This document shows positions 1 through 12,706 of a DNA stretch of 64,000 nt, piece by piece (within the stretch, counting starts at the first letter, position 1; every line of letters begins with the position of its first letter). Source of the stretch: Octopus vulgaris (lineage: Eukaryota); the NCBI GenBank assembly GCA_951406725.2, contig OX597838.1:41850001-41914000 (forward strand), given 5' to 3'. The position numbers and the translations under genes were made by a program. The notes below the pieces were generated by a model. That model saw only the letters and a list, made by a program, of their open reading frames with translations, did not search any database and had not been told where the DNA came from.

Positions 1-605
1 AGTTGAAGTGGTTTAGTAACCACTGTGTACCATCTTGTGCAAATGTCTTCTGCTGGAGCCCCAAATCATCTGATGCATGGTCAAGGAATCTTGTAAATGG
101 TAACTGTACAAAGTATGTTGTGCACACACACACACACACACACACATTTCTGTGTATGTGTGTCATTGTCGTTTTAATGTCGACCTTCCTATTGCTCACA
201 TGAGTAGGACAGAATTTATTGAAGCAGATTTTCTAATGCCAGATGTCCTTCCTGTTGCCAACTTTCACCTGTTTCCGAGAAAATTGATAGGTTCCTAAGG
301 TCAGACAATTTTTTTTTTATGAAAGACTGGAAACAAACAACATTGCTTCTATGATGATGATTCTCATTAACAACCGTTATTTGATGCCAAGATAACACTA
401 CACACACACACACACATGGCAGGCGTTTTTCAGTTTCTCTCTACCAAATCCTCTCACAAGGCTTGGGTTGGCCCAGGTGCTGTGCAGTGGGACTAAACCC
501 AAGCCTACATAGTTGGGAAGCAACCTTCTTAACCACACAACAATGGCTGCACCTGTTTTCTTTGAAATTAATACTTTTTAATTCCATCTCCATCTTTTTC
601 TCTAG

Positions 606-724
606 GAAAGTGTATTTCCAGTCTGGGTGACCCAAAGAAGAAATATGGACATATACCCTATCGGGATAGCAAACTCACCAAGCTACTTTCAGAGAGTTTG
701 AGTGGAGCAGGAGTGGTTTTGCTG
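606..724 (+). CDS. KIF12: KIF12-like exon (motor: (G)[39 protein letters not shown])
   Basis: Acceptor tctag at 601-605, donor gtaaaa at 725; [10 protein letters not shown] kinesin motif; 119 nt, phase 1 to 0. Confidence 0.93.
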
Positions 725-3232
725 GTAAAAGTCACTAAATTTTTTCTCTGCCTTAACCTAAAATTTAAATCTAAACCTAGAACCACAAACTCTTAGTGTC
801 TCATCAGTCAAAGGAGACCTTTGACTGATGAGACACAACTATGTTGAAACACAGGGTGCCCCAGGGCATCATTGTGCTAATGAATCTAGTGAGTTATGAA
901 CCCATTAGATTAATTTCAAAGGACAAGTTGCTCTCCTCTGATGAAACTGCGAATACCAGCTTCATGTTTGAATCTATTTGAATATATTAAGAACAAGTTT
1001 GAAATTCATTGTTGTATATCTTTTAAAAAAAACCCAGAAAATCCATTTAAGAACATATAAAACTCTGTCAGCAACAATCAACACCAAGAAGTGTAAAGAG
1101 ATGATGTTATATCATTGATCTCTACAAATATTGGTTGAGAAAGAATTCTAATAATAATGATGATGATGATGATGACAATAGTGACCACCACCACCTAATT
1201 TACTTTGCAGTTGTGGGTTCAGTTTTTATTATGGCTGGTTTTTCTTTCTCTTCTCCTGGGTCAATGAAATAATTCTTTCTAAATTTGGATTAAAGCCAGT
1301 TATTTGGGGGGGGGCGGGGTTAAGATGATTCCTTCAACCCCAATATATAACTGGTATTTATTTTATTAACCCCCAAAAGTATGAAAGGCAAAGTTGACAC
1401 TCGGTGGTGTTTGAACTCAGAACATAAAGAGCTGGAAGTAATGCCACTAAGCATTTTGTCCCATCATCATCATCACCATCGTTTAACGTCCGCTTTCCAT
1501 GCTAGCATGGGTTGGACGGTTCGACTGAGGACTGGTGAACCAGATGGCTGCACCAGGCTCCACACAGTAACATTTCTGCCAGCTCACCATCAATGGAATA
1601 ATATAATATTGAGATAGATATAGCTATTGGGGGACACACAACATGCTGGTTATAAACACTGTAACTTACAACCAGAAAGTAGTTTAAAGAATTCTTTGGA
1701 ATAAAAGAGCCAAGATTAATTTTGACAAGGTGGGGGTTAATTAATTAATTAATTAAGTACATGATTGGGTCATATTTTATTGAGCTTGAGAGGAAAATGC
1801 CAAGTAAACTCTGGTTGAATTTAAATTGAAAATACAGAAACATGGAACTGAAAATTAAAAACTGAAACTATTGATTATAGGAAAGACTTGTTTCTGACAA
1901 CACTGAAACAAGTGTTAAAAAAAAAGGGTAAAAGATAGGTTTGTGTAGCATCTCTGATCATTCTAGGCAGAACGAGTAGAGAAAATGAGACCATCTACCA
2001 TGGAACTGTGTGACCTAATTCCATGTGGCACCATAGGTTCTGTAAGAAAACATAGAAGAGGGATGAGGGACCATTTTACAGAGCAGTGACAAAGCCATAT
2101 ATGGACTGCTAAATGGTTCTGCCTTGGGTTCAATTCAGAAATGGAGATTTTCTAGAAGGTTCAACCAGATTTGTCAGGAAGATTTCAACTCCCTTCATTA
2201 TGTATCAGACATTTTGATTGGTTCATCTAAGTTCACAAAGGTGCTAATACTTTTTAGAGCAACACAAATAAGTTTTCATAACTGACTTTGTCCGTCATTG
2301 ATGGTGAGCTGTGGTCCTGAGCTGAGGAACCTGCGTGCAGTGGTTCAAAACCCAGCAAGAGCCTTGTTAGACATGCAACCAAAAACGGATACCAGTGGCC
2401 CCCTGGCACCTAACAGATTGGAGATTGGACTGGTGTTCCATTCAGAAGTGAATCCTTTACTTTTAACCTAAACACCTTGAAAATCTGGATGAGGTCCAGT
2501 TTTATGAGTTTGTAGGATTGAAGCAGACATTTTTCTGACTCCAACAAAATTGTCTTGAAAAATGGTCCAAAAGAAATCATTATTTGTTAAGTTTAGTGTC
2601 AACATATTTAATGGTTACACTCCAAGTTTTTAGTTTTCAATTTCCTTTTTTAGTTTATCTTTGTCTAACTTCATCACTCTTCAGCTCACTTCACCACCAC
2701 CACCATCATCTTCATTGTTGTCATCATCATCATCATCAATTCACTGTTTACCCATTCCCCCACCCACCTACCACCACTCTAATATTCTCCCCTGGAAATG
2801 TAACACAGCTACAGCAACAACATAATAACACCCACAAAGCTATTAACCCCTATCTCCTCCCCTTCATTACAATCAAATCCCGACCCACCCCATCTAACTT
2901 TACTCTGTTGGTGGTTCAAGTGTATGCAATATCTGCAGACTGCATCTGCACATTTCGCTGCATGATGTTGCTGCAAATACTGCATATCACTGACAACCCA
3001 CCACCCAACACCACCACCTTCCCTCTCTGGGATGAAAGTAAAAGAATGGAAGATAATGGCAGAAGATCTGAAGCAATTGGGTATGGGTGTGTGTGTGCAT
3101 TTGTATACACACACACACACTTGTATGTATGTGTGGAGAGGTGTAGGTATAGCAAACACACCCATACCCACAACCAATTACTCCATATTCTTTACCATTC
3201 TATTCTTTAGCTTTTATCTTAGAGGGAGACAG

Positions 3233-3264
<32 letters not shown>

Positions 3265-3539
3265 TTAGATAGATATACAGCCAGACAGATGTGTAAATAT
3301 ATGTGCTTATGTGGATATATGTATATATATATATATTTATATAGATCGTTAGCCACTACACACATTTTTTTCTCTCCTTGTTTTTTCTGTGTCCCATTCT
3401 GTAGAAGAGCGTAGGCTCGAAACATAAAAGACTTTTTCTATTCCTGAGCATTATACTAATACATCTGTTTGTTTTGTACACCACCTGTCTTCGTCTTTTG
3501 TTTTTTTCGTAAACTCTCCCTATATATAGACACACACAC

Positions 3540-4170
3540 AGAGGTGGTATCGAAAAGTTCCCATAGTAGTTATGCTTAATAAGAACTATTTACCTATGTT
3601 TAAACATCATCTCCTTTGAAATAGTCACCTTGTGCAACAATACACCAGTCCCAGCCTTTCTGCCAGTTTTGGAATCCAGCCTGGAAGTCATTTTCTGTAA
3701 GTGAGTGTTGAGGACCTTCTATGATTTGCTCTTGATCTCAACAACAGTGTTAAAACAGTGACCTCTGAGCTGCATTTTCATCTTGGGGAAGAGATGGAAG
3801 TCTACAGGTACTAAATCTGGTGAATAGGACTGGTGTAGAAGCGATACCATGTTGTTTTTGGCAAGAAGCTCCCACAAGTGAGGAGAGCTCAGTGATAAAG
3901 TGCGATTGTCATTCAGAAGAATCAAATTCTTTGAGCTCCACAGATCCGGTCACATTCGTTGAATACCTCCCCTCAAATGCTTCAAAATGTCATTGATTGT
4001 CCTCCGATGATCCTCATGCACAAACTGATAGATTTTTTCCACATTTCCGGGGGTGATGGTCGTGGCAGGTTTTCCAAATCACTCACCATCTTCCAGGCAC
4101 TTTCTTTCGCTTTTGAAGTGCCTGTGCCACTCGACATATTCTGTACAACCCATTGCCCAGGCATGCGTGT
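3540..4170 (-). mobile_element. Decayed mariner (DD34D) transposon fragment
   Basis: ORF 3719..3925 contains HQSYSPDLVPVDFHLFPKMK (YSPDLAPxD motif); N-terminal piece DLENLPRPSPP; terminus gaggtggtatcgaaaagttc. Confidence 0.8.
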
Positions 4171-5324
4171 TTTTGTGTAATAAAAGAGAAAAAGGGAGAA
4201 AAGGAAAGAAATAGTAAAAGACACAAAACAAAATTCAAAGAATTCCGATTTCTCTCACAATTTCTTTGTTTCGTTTTATATTTTACTTTTATATTTGTTT
4301 TCCATTTTTGTCCAGTTTTTATTTTTTGTAAAAAAATCTAGTATCTTTTACTTGTTTCAGTCATTGGACTGCGACCTTGCTGGAGCACTGCGTTCAAAGG
4401 TTCACTCAAACAAATCAACTCCAGTACTTAGTCTATTGAGCTCTTTTGATGAATCTCAAAGTTACAGGGACATAAACGAACCAACACCAGTTGTCAAGCA
4501 GTGGGTTGGACAAAGAGAGATACCAAGGCACACACCACACACACACACAGCAAGGTTCTACTCAGTTCCTGTCTACCAAATCCACTCATAAAGGTTTGGT
4601 CAGCCTAAAGAAGGAACTTGAGATTTGCTCCAAATATTTCAAACTGATGAACTCTCTCAGTTGTGAGTATTCCAGTTGACCCGATCAATGGAACAGCCAG
4701 TTGACTCAATCAGTGGAACAGCCTGCTCATGAAATTAACATGCAAGTGGTTGAATATTCCTCAGACATGTATGCCCTTGATGTAGTTTTCATGGAGATTT
4801 AGCATGACTCAGAACGGGACAAGACTGGCCTGTTGAATTATGGGTACAGCTTATTTTTGCCAGCTGCTCTGGAGCAACAAGAAATGAAGAGTCTTGCTGA
4901 AGGACGCAATGCACCAGCAGATATCGAACTCACAACCTTGCAATCATGAGCCAAACACCCTAACCACTAAGCCATGCCCCTTCACATTTCAAATAGACCA
5001 AACTTCACTAAAAGTACTAAAGAACCCAATAGTGCAGTTGTTTCCTGTAGATCTATGATCAAGAATATTCACGACCACATTAGCCAATGTGGCCATCTTT
5101 TTCTAAGATGATAGGCTGTTATTTGAAGGAGATTTGGTTGCTATTTCTAACAAGTCAGGCAACTATGTAGAAGCTGCTTCTTAAACTTGGTAGGTGGCAG
5201 CAGATTAGGCATACCACCCTAGAGTTGTATGAATAATATTCCAACCACTTCAATGATGGCAACAAAAGAAAAGCAAATATAAGATGTCAGATAATGGAAT
5301 TTCTTTAAGAGTGATGTCTTAAGT

Positions 5325-5408
5325 GGACTGGGCTGACTGGGCTGGGCTGGGCTGGGCTGGGCCGAGCTGGGCTGGGCTGGGCTGGACTGGACTGGACTGG
5401 GCTGGGTT
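5325..5408. repeat. (GGGCT/GGACT)n pentanucleotide repeat
   Basis: Direct reading. Confidence 0.9.
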
Positions 5409-5419
5409 GAATTCTTGTT

Positions 5420-6936
5420 TATGATGTTTGTCTTTCAATGACATTGAATTAAAAGGTGGTCCACCTGGTTTACAAATGAAACCAGATGGAGGGCAAGAAA
5501 CGATGGGGAAGGGGAAAGACAAAAAAGAATGACAAGAAAATCATGAAGAATGCTGGCATCATTGAAGAATTTGACGATGAAGAAGCAGACGTATTTGACA
5601 TTTTTAGAACAGAGATTGGTGGGAAGGAAGATGTGGTGGTGAGTGAGGAGAAACAGTTGTGGTGACTGAACTCTGGGGTGGTAAGGAATGTAACAAGGAT
5701 TGGGGTAAGAAATGTAATACAATATATTAAAGAGAGGTTAAAAACTTGGTACACAAAACACACAAATAAGGGTACCTTGCCCACACACACACTGGGTACC
5801 CAGCAACTGATCATTTCCTGCCAGTGATTCTCCTAAAAATATATCCCTCTACGTCTTTCACTTTTATTCATTAAACCCAGAAGTTTCCCACATTTTGTCA
5901 GAAGTGATTTGTTCAATGAAGATACTGTCATGGTGTTTGTCATTAATGTTCCCATCTCTCTTTCCTCCTCTATCAGCCCACTATTCCTCTTGTTTATCTT
6001 CTCTTTATTCAAGATTTTTCTCATCAGATCCTCAATACTAACTTAAACTACTCTGACATCCAGACAGTCCTTGAGGATGGACCTCCACCTTCTCATTTGC
6101 CCAGTCTCTAAGTTCATTCTTTCATTTTTTTTGCACGCCCTCCTCTTTCTTTCTTTCATTTGAAATTTGAAGTTGTTGAAGGACATCCTTCTGAAACTGC
6201 AGCAGTGCTGGGTCAGCGTACATGAGAACTGTAAACGATGGTGTCAGACTCTACAGGAAACAAGCTAAGAGGGACCACCATACTATTAGCTATATGCACT
6301 GGGAGCAGGATCAAGCTTCAAATGGTACAAGTCAGTGGACTTGCCTCCTTCGGAGCCAAGTTGCAAACCCACCAACTTGTCTCAGATGAAGATTGTTCCT
6401 TAGCTATTGCACCTACTTCTTCATCTTCTGTAGTGTCTGTCACCATGGTGACATCCTTCATGTAAACACACTGCTCTTGCATCACAGTTTTTCACTTGAT
6501 GCTCCCCCCACCTACAGCTCTGGCTTTCACAACAATGACTCAAGCATCATAACATATCAAAGTGAAGAGAAAGGACAGCAGCCTTGGCAGAATGAGTGTG
6601 AGGATCAGAAATGGTTCCCATAGGGAGCGATTTATTCTAAGTACAGAGCAAATGTTGCTGTATATGGCAGCAATCCAGTGTCTGAAAATGGAACTAAAAC
6701 CTGCTGCAATGGAGACAGTTGCAAGGCTGACCTCATCCCAAAGTTTTCCATTGATCTTGGGCCGGAAACAAAGCCAAGTTTGTTACCCACTTAATCTGCC
6801 TGAGTTGGGTGGAGTTTGTCATGGATAGATCAGTTGGGAATTATTCAGGTCTGATGCAATCAACAAGTGCCAACTTTTTCATAAGAACCTTGGTTAAGAT
6901 CTTAAACTCTATTCAGTAGAAATATAATCACACATA

Positions 6937-6975
<39 letters not shown>

Positions 6976-7780
6976 TTGAAGGTCATTTTCCATGCTGTCA
7001 TGGGTTGGACGGTTTGGTAGGAGCTGATGAACCAAAGGACTGTGCCAAGCTTCAGTGCTTGCTTTGGCATGGTTTCTATGGTTGGATGCCCTTCTTAATG
7101 CTGACCACTTTGCAGTGTGTGGACTGGCACTTTTTATGTGACACCAGCACTAACAGGGTCACCAAGTGACTCTCAAGGCCCCGCAACTGGGCACGAAATT
7201 ATCAATGATGTCCCTTTATTGTATTTATCTCTAACAGCATTGGTGCTCCTTAGCTCAGAAACTGGGAATGTTCCTGTTCTGCTCTCAGACATTTGGCAAC
7301 AGCTAGATGAACAAGTGGAGCATGAATAGCTAAAGTTTATAGGGCAGCCTATTCCAAGCCAGGCATTCTAACCTCACACGGCTACTCATTACTTCCTGCA
7401 TCTCTGACACCATCATCAGCTCTTGCAGCACTCTCTCATCTCTGGGACTCGTGGTGGTCTATTGATGTAGGTAATGGAGTCCATTCTCTCCACTCTGATA
7501 CTGCATTCAAAAAATTGAGAGAAAGTGCCACTAAAAAATCACACACATCTGTTTGGAATCACAAAGCATATGTCCATTATGGTCCGTCAAAGACCTTATC
7601 ATTGCCTTCTTACAACATTGTGCATCTGCTTCCTGGTGAATGCAGAGAGGACAGCCAATATACTGAGCTTATTTTCAGGTACTCCATACAACATAGCTGG
7701 CGGGAGGGTCTAAAACACCCCATTCCTTCAGATCAAACTGTTAAGATAAACAGCTGAGACAAAGAATGATGAATAAGAAA
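5420..7780 (-). mobile_element. Highly decayed L1/Tx1-clade LINE ORF2 relic, interrupted by an RTE tail at about 6940-7160
   Basis: Minus-strand translation near 6700-6450 gives AAGFSSIFRHWIAAIYSNICSVLRIN...QGCCPFSSL.YVMMLESLL...YMKDVT, resembling the L1/Tx1 RT pattern GF...F..WI..LY...RQGCPLSPLLY...YADDV. Confidence 0.6.
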
Positions 7781-8570
7781 ATTCTGTAAAATAAATGGAG
7801 CTTTCAAGTAATTGTGATGCGTGACTGTATCTCCTGCTTTTTTTGTTTAATTTCACAAGTGTTGCAAGCATTGGGTAAATCCTTCTTAGTTGAGGACATT
7901 GGTTCACTTTTGGCAGGGGTTGTAAGCAAGGGCCTTGACTTGTATCACTGTGGTGTAGCTGCTGTGTGTGTATGCATTCACTACCACTGAATAGCGGATA
8001 TATTGCATTTCCAGTCCTCTGTAGCTGTACTCATCTCTTACTACAAATCAATGCTGTAATATCTGAAGAAGCAAACATCTAAAACTTTGTAGAACTATCA
8101 AACCCTTGTTATTTTCAAGAAATTAGAAATAAATGTTAAAGGCAATATAAAGATGAATTAAGAAAATGTCTGGGCACCGTTGGTCCATGGGTCCAGTTAA
8201 ACAGGATATTTATATACATATGTAATGGCTGCACTTGTGTGGGTGAGAAATGTGAATGTTTGATGCAACATAAATTGACAGAGAAGGTATACGGCTTAGA
8301 GGTTTGTTGAAGATAGGGGTAGAAAGTAAAGGTTAAGACAATCATCATCATCATAGCAACCGCGAACCTCATCATCATTTGCAAAAAATGTTATAAAAAT
8401 ATAAAGATAATTAGTTTAGGCATGCAAAAATCCATAAATTTGATTCGTTTGATCAAATCCATTCTTCATGGTTCTTCACAAGAATATACTTTTGGTTTAA
8501 ACAAAAAAAAAAGAAGCAGTAATAATGTCATTCATGCTTGAAATTTCTTGTGATTTTGTGTGCCTTGCAG

Positions 8571-8675
8571 ATAGCATGTATCACTCCCTCGTCCTACAGT
8601 GTCACTGAAACCATCAACACTCTCCGTTACAGTACCAGAGCCAAATGTATTCTAACAAAGCCAGTCGTTGCATTC
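8571..8675 (+). CDS. KIF12: KIF12-like exon (IACITPSSYSVTETINTLRYSTRAKCILTKPVVAF)
   Basis: ttgcag acceptor, gtaagt donor; ETxxTLRY..RAK helix-6 motif; 105 nt, phase 0 to 0. Confidence 0.93.
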
Positions 8676-9447
8676 GTAAGTAACATTCTTGTAGCTTCTT
8701 CACTTCATTCTTTGTAATGTAGTTATGAACTTTATCCATCACCTGGTTTCATAACCTCACCTGGTCCTTAGCTGCTCTTAACAGAATCCACTCCATTGTA
8801 TTCAGACCAGATCTCTGGTTTGGGGATAACTTCCTCCTTTACCCCACCACTCCTTCAATCTTGGAGACTCTGTATAAAGAGGGTGTCAGACCGCTTTGGT
8901 CTTGCTAGACCGAATTGAAATATAAACTAGATTTGGCAGGCTGCAGGGAAATAATTATTCCTGAAACCCCTGTTCGTAACATAAGCAAAAGTAGGTGAAT
9001 AAAGAGGTTGTCATCATCATCACAATCATCTTTCATACTGACATGGCCTGGATGATTTGTCAGGATCTAACGAGTCGGAGGGTCGCATCGTGCCCCAACG
9101 TCTGCTTCAGCAGGGCTTCTATGGCTCAATGCTCTCCCTAATGCCAACCATTATACGGAGTGCACTGGGTGCTTTTTGTTTATATGGCACCAATTCTTGT
9201 GGTGTCACCATTGCAGCTCACAAGGCTAAGATTTCCTACAACTGGGGGCTTCATTATGCTAAGAGATGAGAGGGTAAAATATGAAAGATGGGACTGAAAA
9301 GAGGTAAAAATAGTGGTGATGGGGTGCAGGGTGGACCCTTCAAGGCAGAAGTGAGAGGGGACATAAGAATAGGGAGTGTGTTTGGGTCAAGAGTGTATAG
9401 GGAGAGTGACCCACATTATGACTGCTTCTATTCTTATTATTTTCCAG

Positions 9448-9528
9448 GACCCACGAGAAAAATATATTGGGACTCTGAAAAAGGAGCTTCAGATTCTGAG
9501 AAATGAGAATCAATACTTGAAAACCCAG
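9448..9528 (+). CDS. KIF12: KIF12-like exon (DPREKYIGTLKKELQILRNENQYLKTQ, neck coil)
   Basis: ttccag acceptor, gtaaag donor; 81 nt, phase 0 to 0. Confidence 0.9.
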
Positions 9529-9974
9529 GTAAAGCTATGGTATGAGTATCTCCCTAGGGAGACATACAGCAGTAAATTTTCCTTTGGGGGTGGGGCAGGA
9601 AACTAAACTCAACATTATTGCAAGCTAATGCTTATCAGTATTACATCCCTGCATCACATTTTAACCACTTTTAATCCTTGAACTTCTACCATGATGGAGC
9701 AGCCCCTTTAAGTGTAGGCCTCAGCCATATTCATCTCCACTACTTATGTCAACATGGTACTTATTGTATCAAAGGTTGGTCTAATCATTAGCTCATTAGT
9801 AGCAAATTGGCAGAGACGATCAACTGCCAGAAAGAATTCTTTATGCATTCTGTTTTGCAATAACAATAATTATTATTATTATTATTATTATTATTATTTT
9901 ACATTTGGCACAAGGCCAATTATTTTAGGGGTGGGGATAGATTGATTACATCAATCTCTCAGTACTGCTTTTTT

Positions 9975-10379
9975 GGATCTTTTCGGTTTGAACGGCAGTT
10001 TTTAACATAATTTCTAGGTAACTAAAATATTTTAAACTTCGTATACTGGTAGAATGTGTTTATAAAACATCTTTTTTTTCTCTTGGCTTTATTGAGAAAA
10101 TTCTATAGTCTGTAAGATATTTGTTGTTCTTTTTCTGCAATTTCAACCAATCACTTACGTCTATTGAGGTAAAAAACATTCTGTGCCGTATGAAAATGTC
10201 CCCCGTTTAAGAAACAGATTGGGTTTATTTACATTTGTGAAGAAAAAAAGATACCCTTTCCCCCACCCCTAACCCTAAAAGAGATTGAAATGCAATAGAT
10301 CGATACTAGGGTCATAATTATGGGTGACAATTTCATATGACACTGCTAGAAAAAACTGCCGTTCAAACCGAAAATATCC
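9975..10379. mobile_element. MITE with about 28-bp TIRs starting GGATCTTTTCGG (Merlin-like), inserted into a SINE
   Basis: TIR ggatcttttcggtttgaacggcagtttt / aaaactgccgttcaaaccgaaaatatcc; 8-bp TSD gctttttt / gccttttt. Confidence 0.8.
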
Positions 10380-10493
10380 GCCTTTTTATTTTATTAACCC
10401 CAAAGGGGCGAACGGCAAAGTTAACCTCAGTGGGATTTGAACTCACAACATAAAGAGACAGAAGAAATGCTGCAAAACATTTTCTTCAATGCC

Positions 10494-10727
10494 AATAATG
10501 ATAATAATAACAATAACAATAACAATAATAATGATAACAATAATGATAATAATAATAATGATAATAACAATAATAATAATAAATAATGACAATAATAATA
10601 ATTAATAATAAATAATGATAATAATAATAATAACAATAATAATAATAATAATAATAAATAATGACAATAATAATAACAATAATAATAATAATAATAACAA
10701 TAGTAATAATAATAATAACAATAATAA
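10494..10727. repeat. (AAT/AAC/GAT)n microsatellite
   Basis: Direct reading. Confidence 0.95.
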
Positions 10728-11554
10728 TACCATCCACACAAGATGTGCTTGACCGGTGCTTTATTTTATTGACCAGAAAAGATGAAACACAAAGCAAGCC
10801 TTGGTGGAATTTGAACTCAGAAAGAAATGTTGCTAAGCATTTTGTCTGATTCACTGACAATTCTGCCAGCCTTGATGATAATAACAACCGTTTCTCACAT
10901 AAGCAGAAGGCCTGAAACTTTGGGGGGAGGGGACTAATTGATTATTCTGACCATAATGCTTGACTGGTACTTATCGATCTCGAAAGGGAGGAAAGGCAAA
11001 GTTGGCCATGGCAAAAATTGAACTCAGAACGTAAAAGTAGACGAAATGCTGCTGAGCCTTTTGTCTGGCGTAGCAACGATTCCGCCAGCTCGATGCTGCT
11101 GCTGCTGCCTTAGTCTCTTCAAAACCGGCGACCGTGGAATTACTTAGGAAAATTGTATTCTAAGGGAGCTAACTCTTTGAATTCGTTTACTCAACCCTTA
11201 AAATATTTAACATTAAAAACAAAATGTTGACTTATTGCTTTCTCCCTTATAATGGATGAGTTAAGTATCTGTTCCTTAGGGTGAAGATTTTCTGTGTTCT
11301 TCTTTCGATTTGTCTTGTAATTTAACCCCAACATTGTAAGATAATAAAAACATTTGCTTAGTTCTTCACTTCTTGTTGTGTTCAACATCCATTCCCAAGG
11401 GTCAATCAATCAAATCTGTAACATTTTATTGATCATCTTCCAATTCCTCCATTAAAATCCATTTTGCAACAAAGTAACCTCTGCATAAAGAAATGGCAGC
11501 CAATTTTCTCTGCAATAAGTCTGTAGCATAACTGTTAAATTTCACTAGATCATT

Positions 11555-12083
11555 CCGTCAGCGACGTGCAACCAAAAGAATACCCGCCATCAGGCATTTG
11601 CCATATTCTGAACGCCTTACTTCCCTGGGCATGGATGCATTGAAACTCCAACGTCTGGCAGCTGACTTGGCAGACACCCATAAAATTATTAACCATCTTA
11701 CAAACAATAACTCTGAGCACCTTTTCAAACTACATCTGTTTAACAACCGTGGACATGTTTACAAAGTCAGAAAACAGCACAGCTCCCATGACTTTCAGAA
11801 ACATTTTTTCATGCTAAGAGTTGCTGAAGCATGGAACAAACTACCGGCATCAGTTGTTAGTTGTCGGAGCACTGCATCCTTCAAAACTTCCATGCTTCCT
11901 GAGATTCGCCAACACTACACCTGATTTTCTCCCCTCCATACACACGCAAGCATCTATCTGACTCATACACTGTTCGCTTTCTAGACATTTCTACATTACT
12001 GCATATACTTTATACGCACTTTCTGACAAGTTGTGGTGCACCTGAGCGCTGTATACAATAATTTCATTATTATTATATTATTA
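11555..12083 (+). mobile_element. 5'-truncated CR1/L2-group LINE 3' end
   Basis: RRATKRIP..LPYSERLTSLG...RGHVYK...FF.LRVAEAWNKLP C-terminal ORF2 motifs (ORF 11598..11924) followed by a 3' UTR and (ATT)n tail; a decayed copy lies at about 18040-18410. Confidence 0.85.
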
Positions 12084-12624
12084 TCCCAATGTAATTTCTT
12101 ATCATCGTCAACCAGTGATAATTGCTAAGATGTATGTATACACCCTGCCACCCCCACCCATTTTTATCTAGTGAACAGCTTCCCCACCAACTCAGCCATC
12201 AACCCTAACATGGCCCCTTTACATGTTGCCACGTCTCTTTCAAGTGTAATTGTTCTTTAACCACCTTTCTTGTTTCTATGATACAAACTGATCCAAATTA
12301 AAAACCTTCCATCAAAATTTCATCCTAATTCATGTTCCAAGCATCATCATCATCATCATCGTTTAACATCCGCTTTCCATGCTGGCATGGGTTGGACGGT
12401 TCAACTGGGGTCTGGGAAGCCAGAAGGCTGCACCAGGCCCAGTCTGATCATTTCAATTAATTATGACCAAGTTATTTTCAAAATTAATTGAAATCGGGGT
12501 CAGTGTCTGTCAAAAAAGGGCTCAGATAACAAAAAAGGGCTCAAAGTTTGTTCCGCCTTTATTCAACAGAACACAATGTCCACATGTCTTCAGATGTTCT
12601 CGATTCCTTCTTAATACTTTGCAG

Positions 12625-12706
12625 CTCTCGTTTCCAACAGTCTCCCAGAACCAGGTTCAATCCAAAGATAAGCAAACGATTACTGAACAACTGAAACAAG
12701 ATTCTC
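12625..12706 (+). CDS. KIF12: KIF12-like exon (LSFPTVSQNQVQSKDKQTITEQLKQDS)
   Basis: tttgcag acceptor, gtaagt donor; 82 nt, phase 0 to 1 fits both neighbours. Confidence 0.72.

Noticed and set aside
2584-3210. 208-aa His-rich ORF
   Set aside because: Low-complexity (CAT/CAC)n and (TG)n sequence inside a KIF12 intron; no domain, non-ATG start.
10267-10278. ccctaaccctaa telomere-like or telomerase-template-like motif
   Set aside because: Only two units, internal to a MITE.
10427-10887. Poly-Y/L/I ORFs
   Set aside because: (AAT)n microsatellite read-through.
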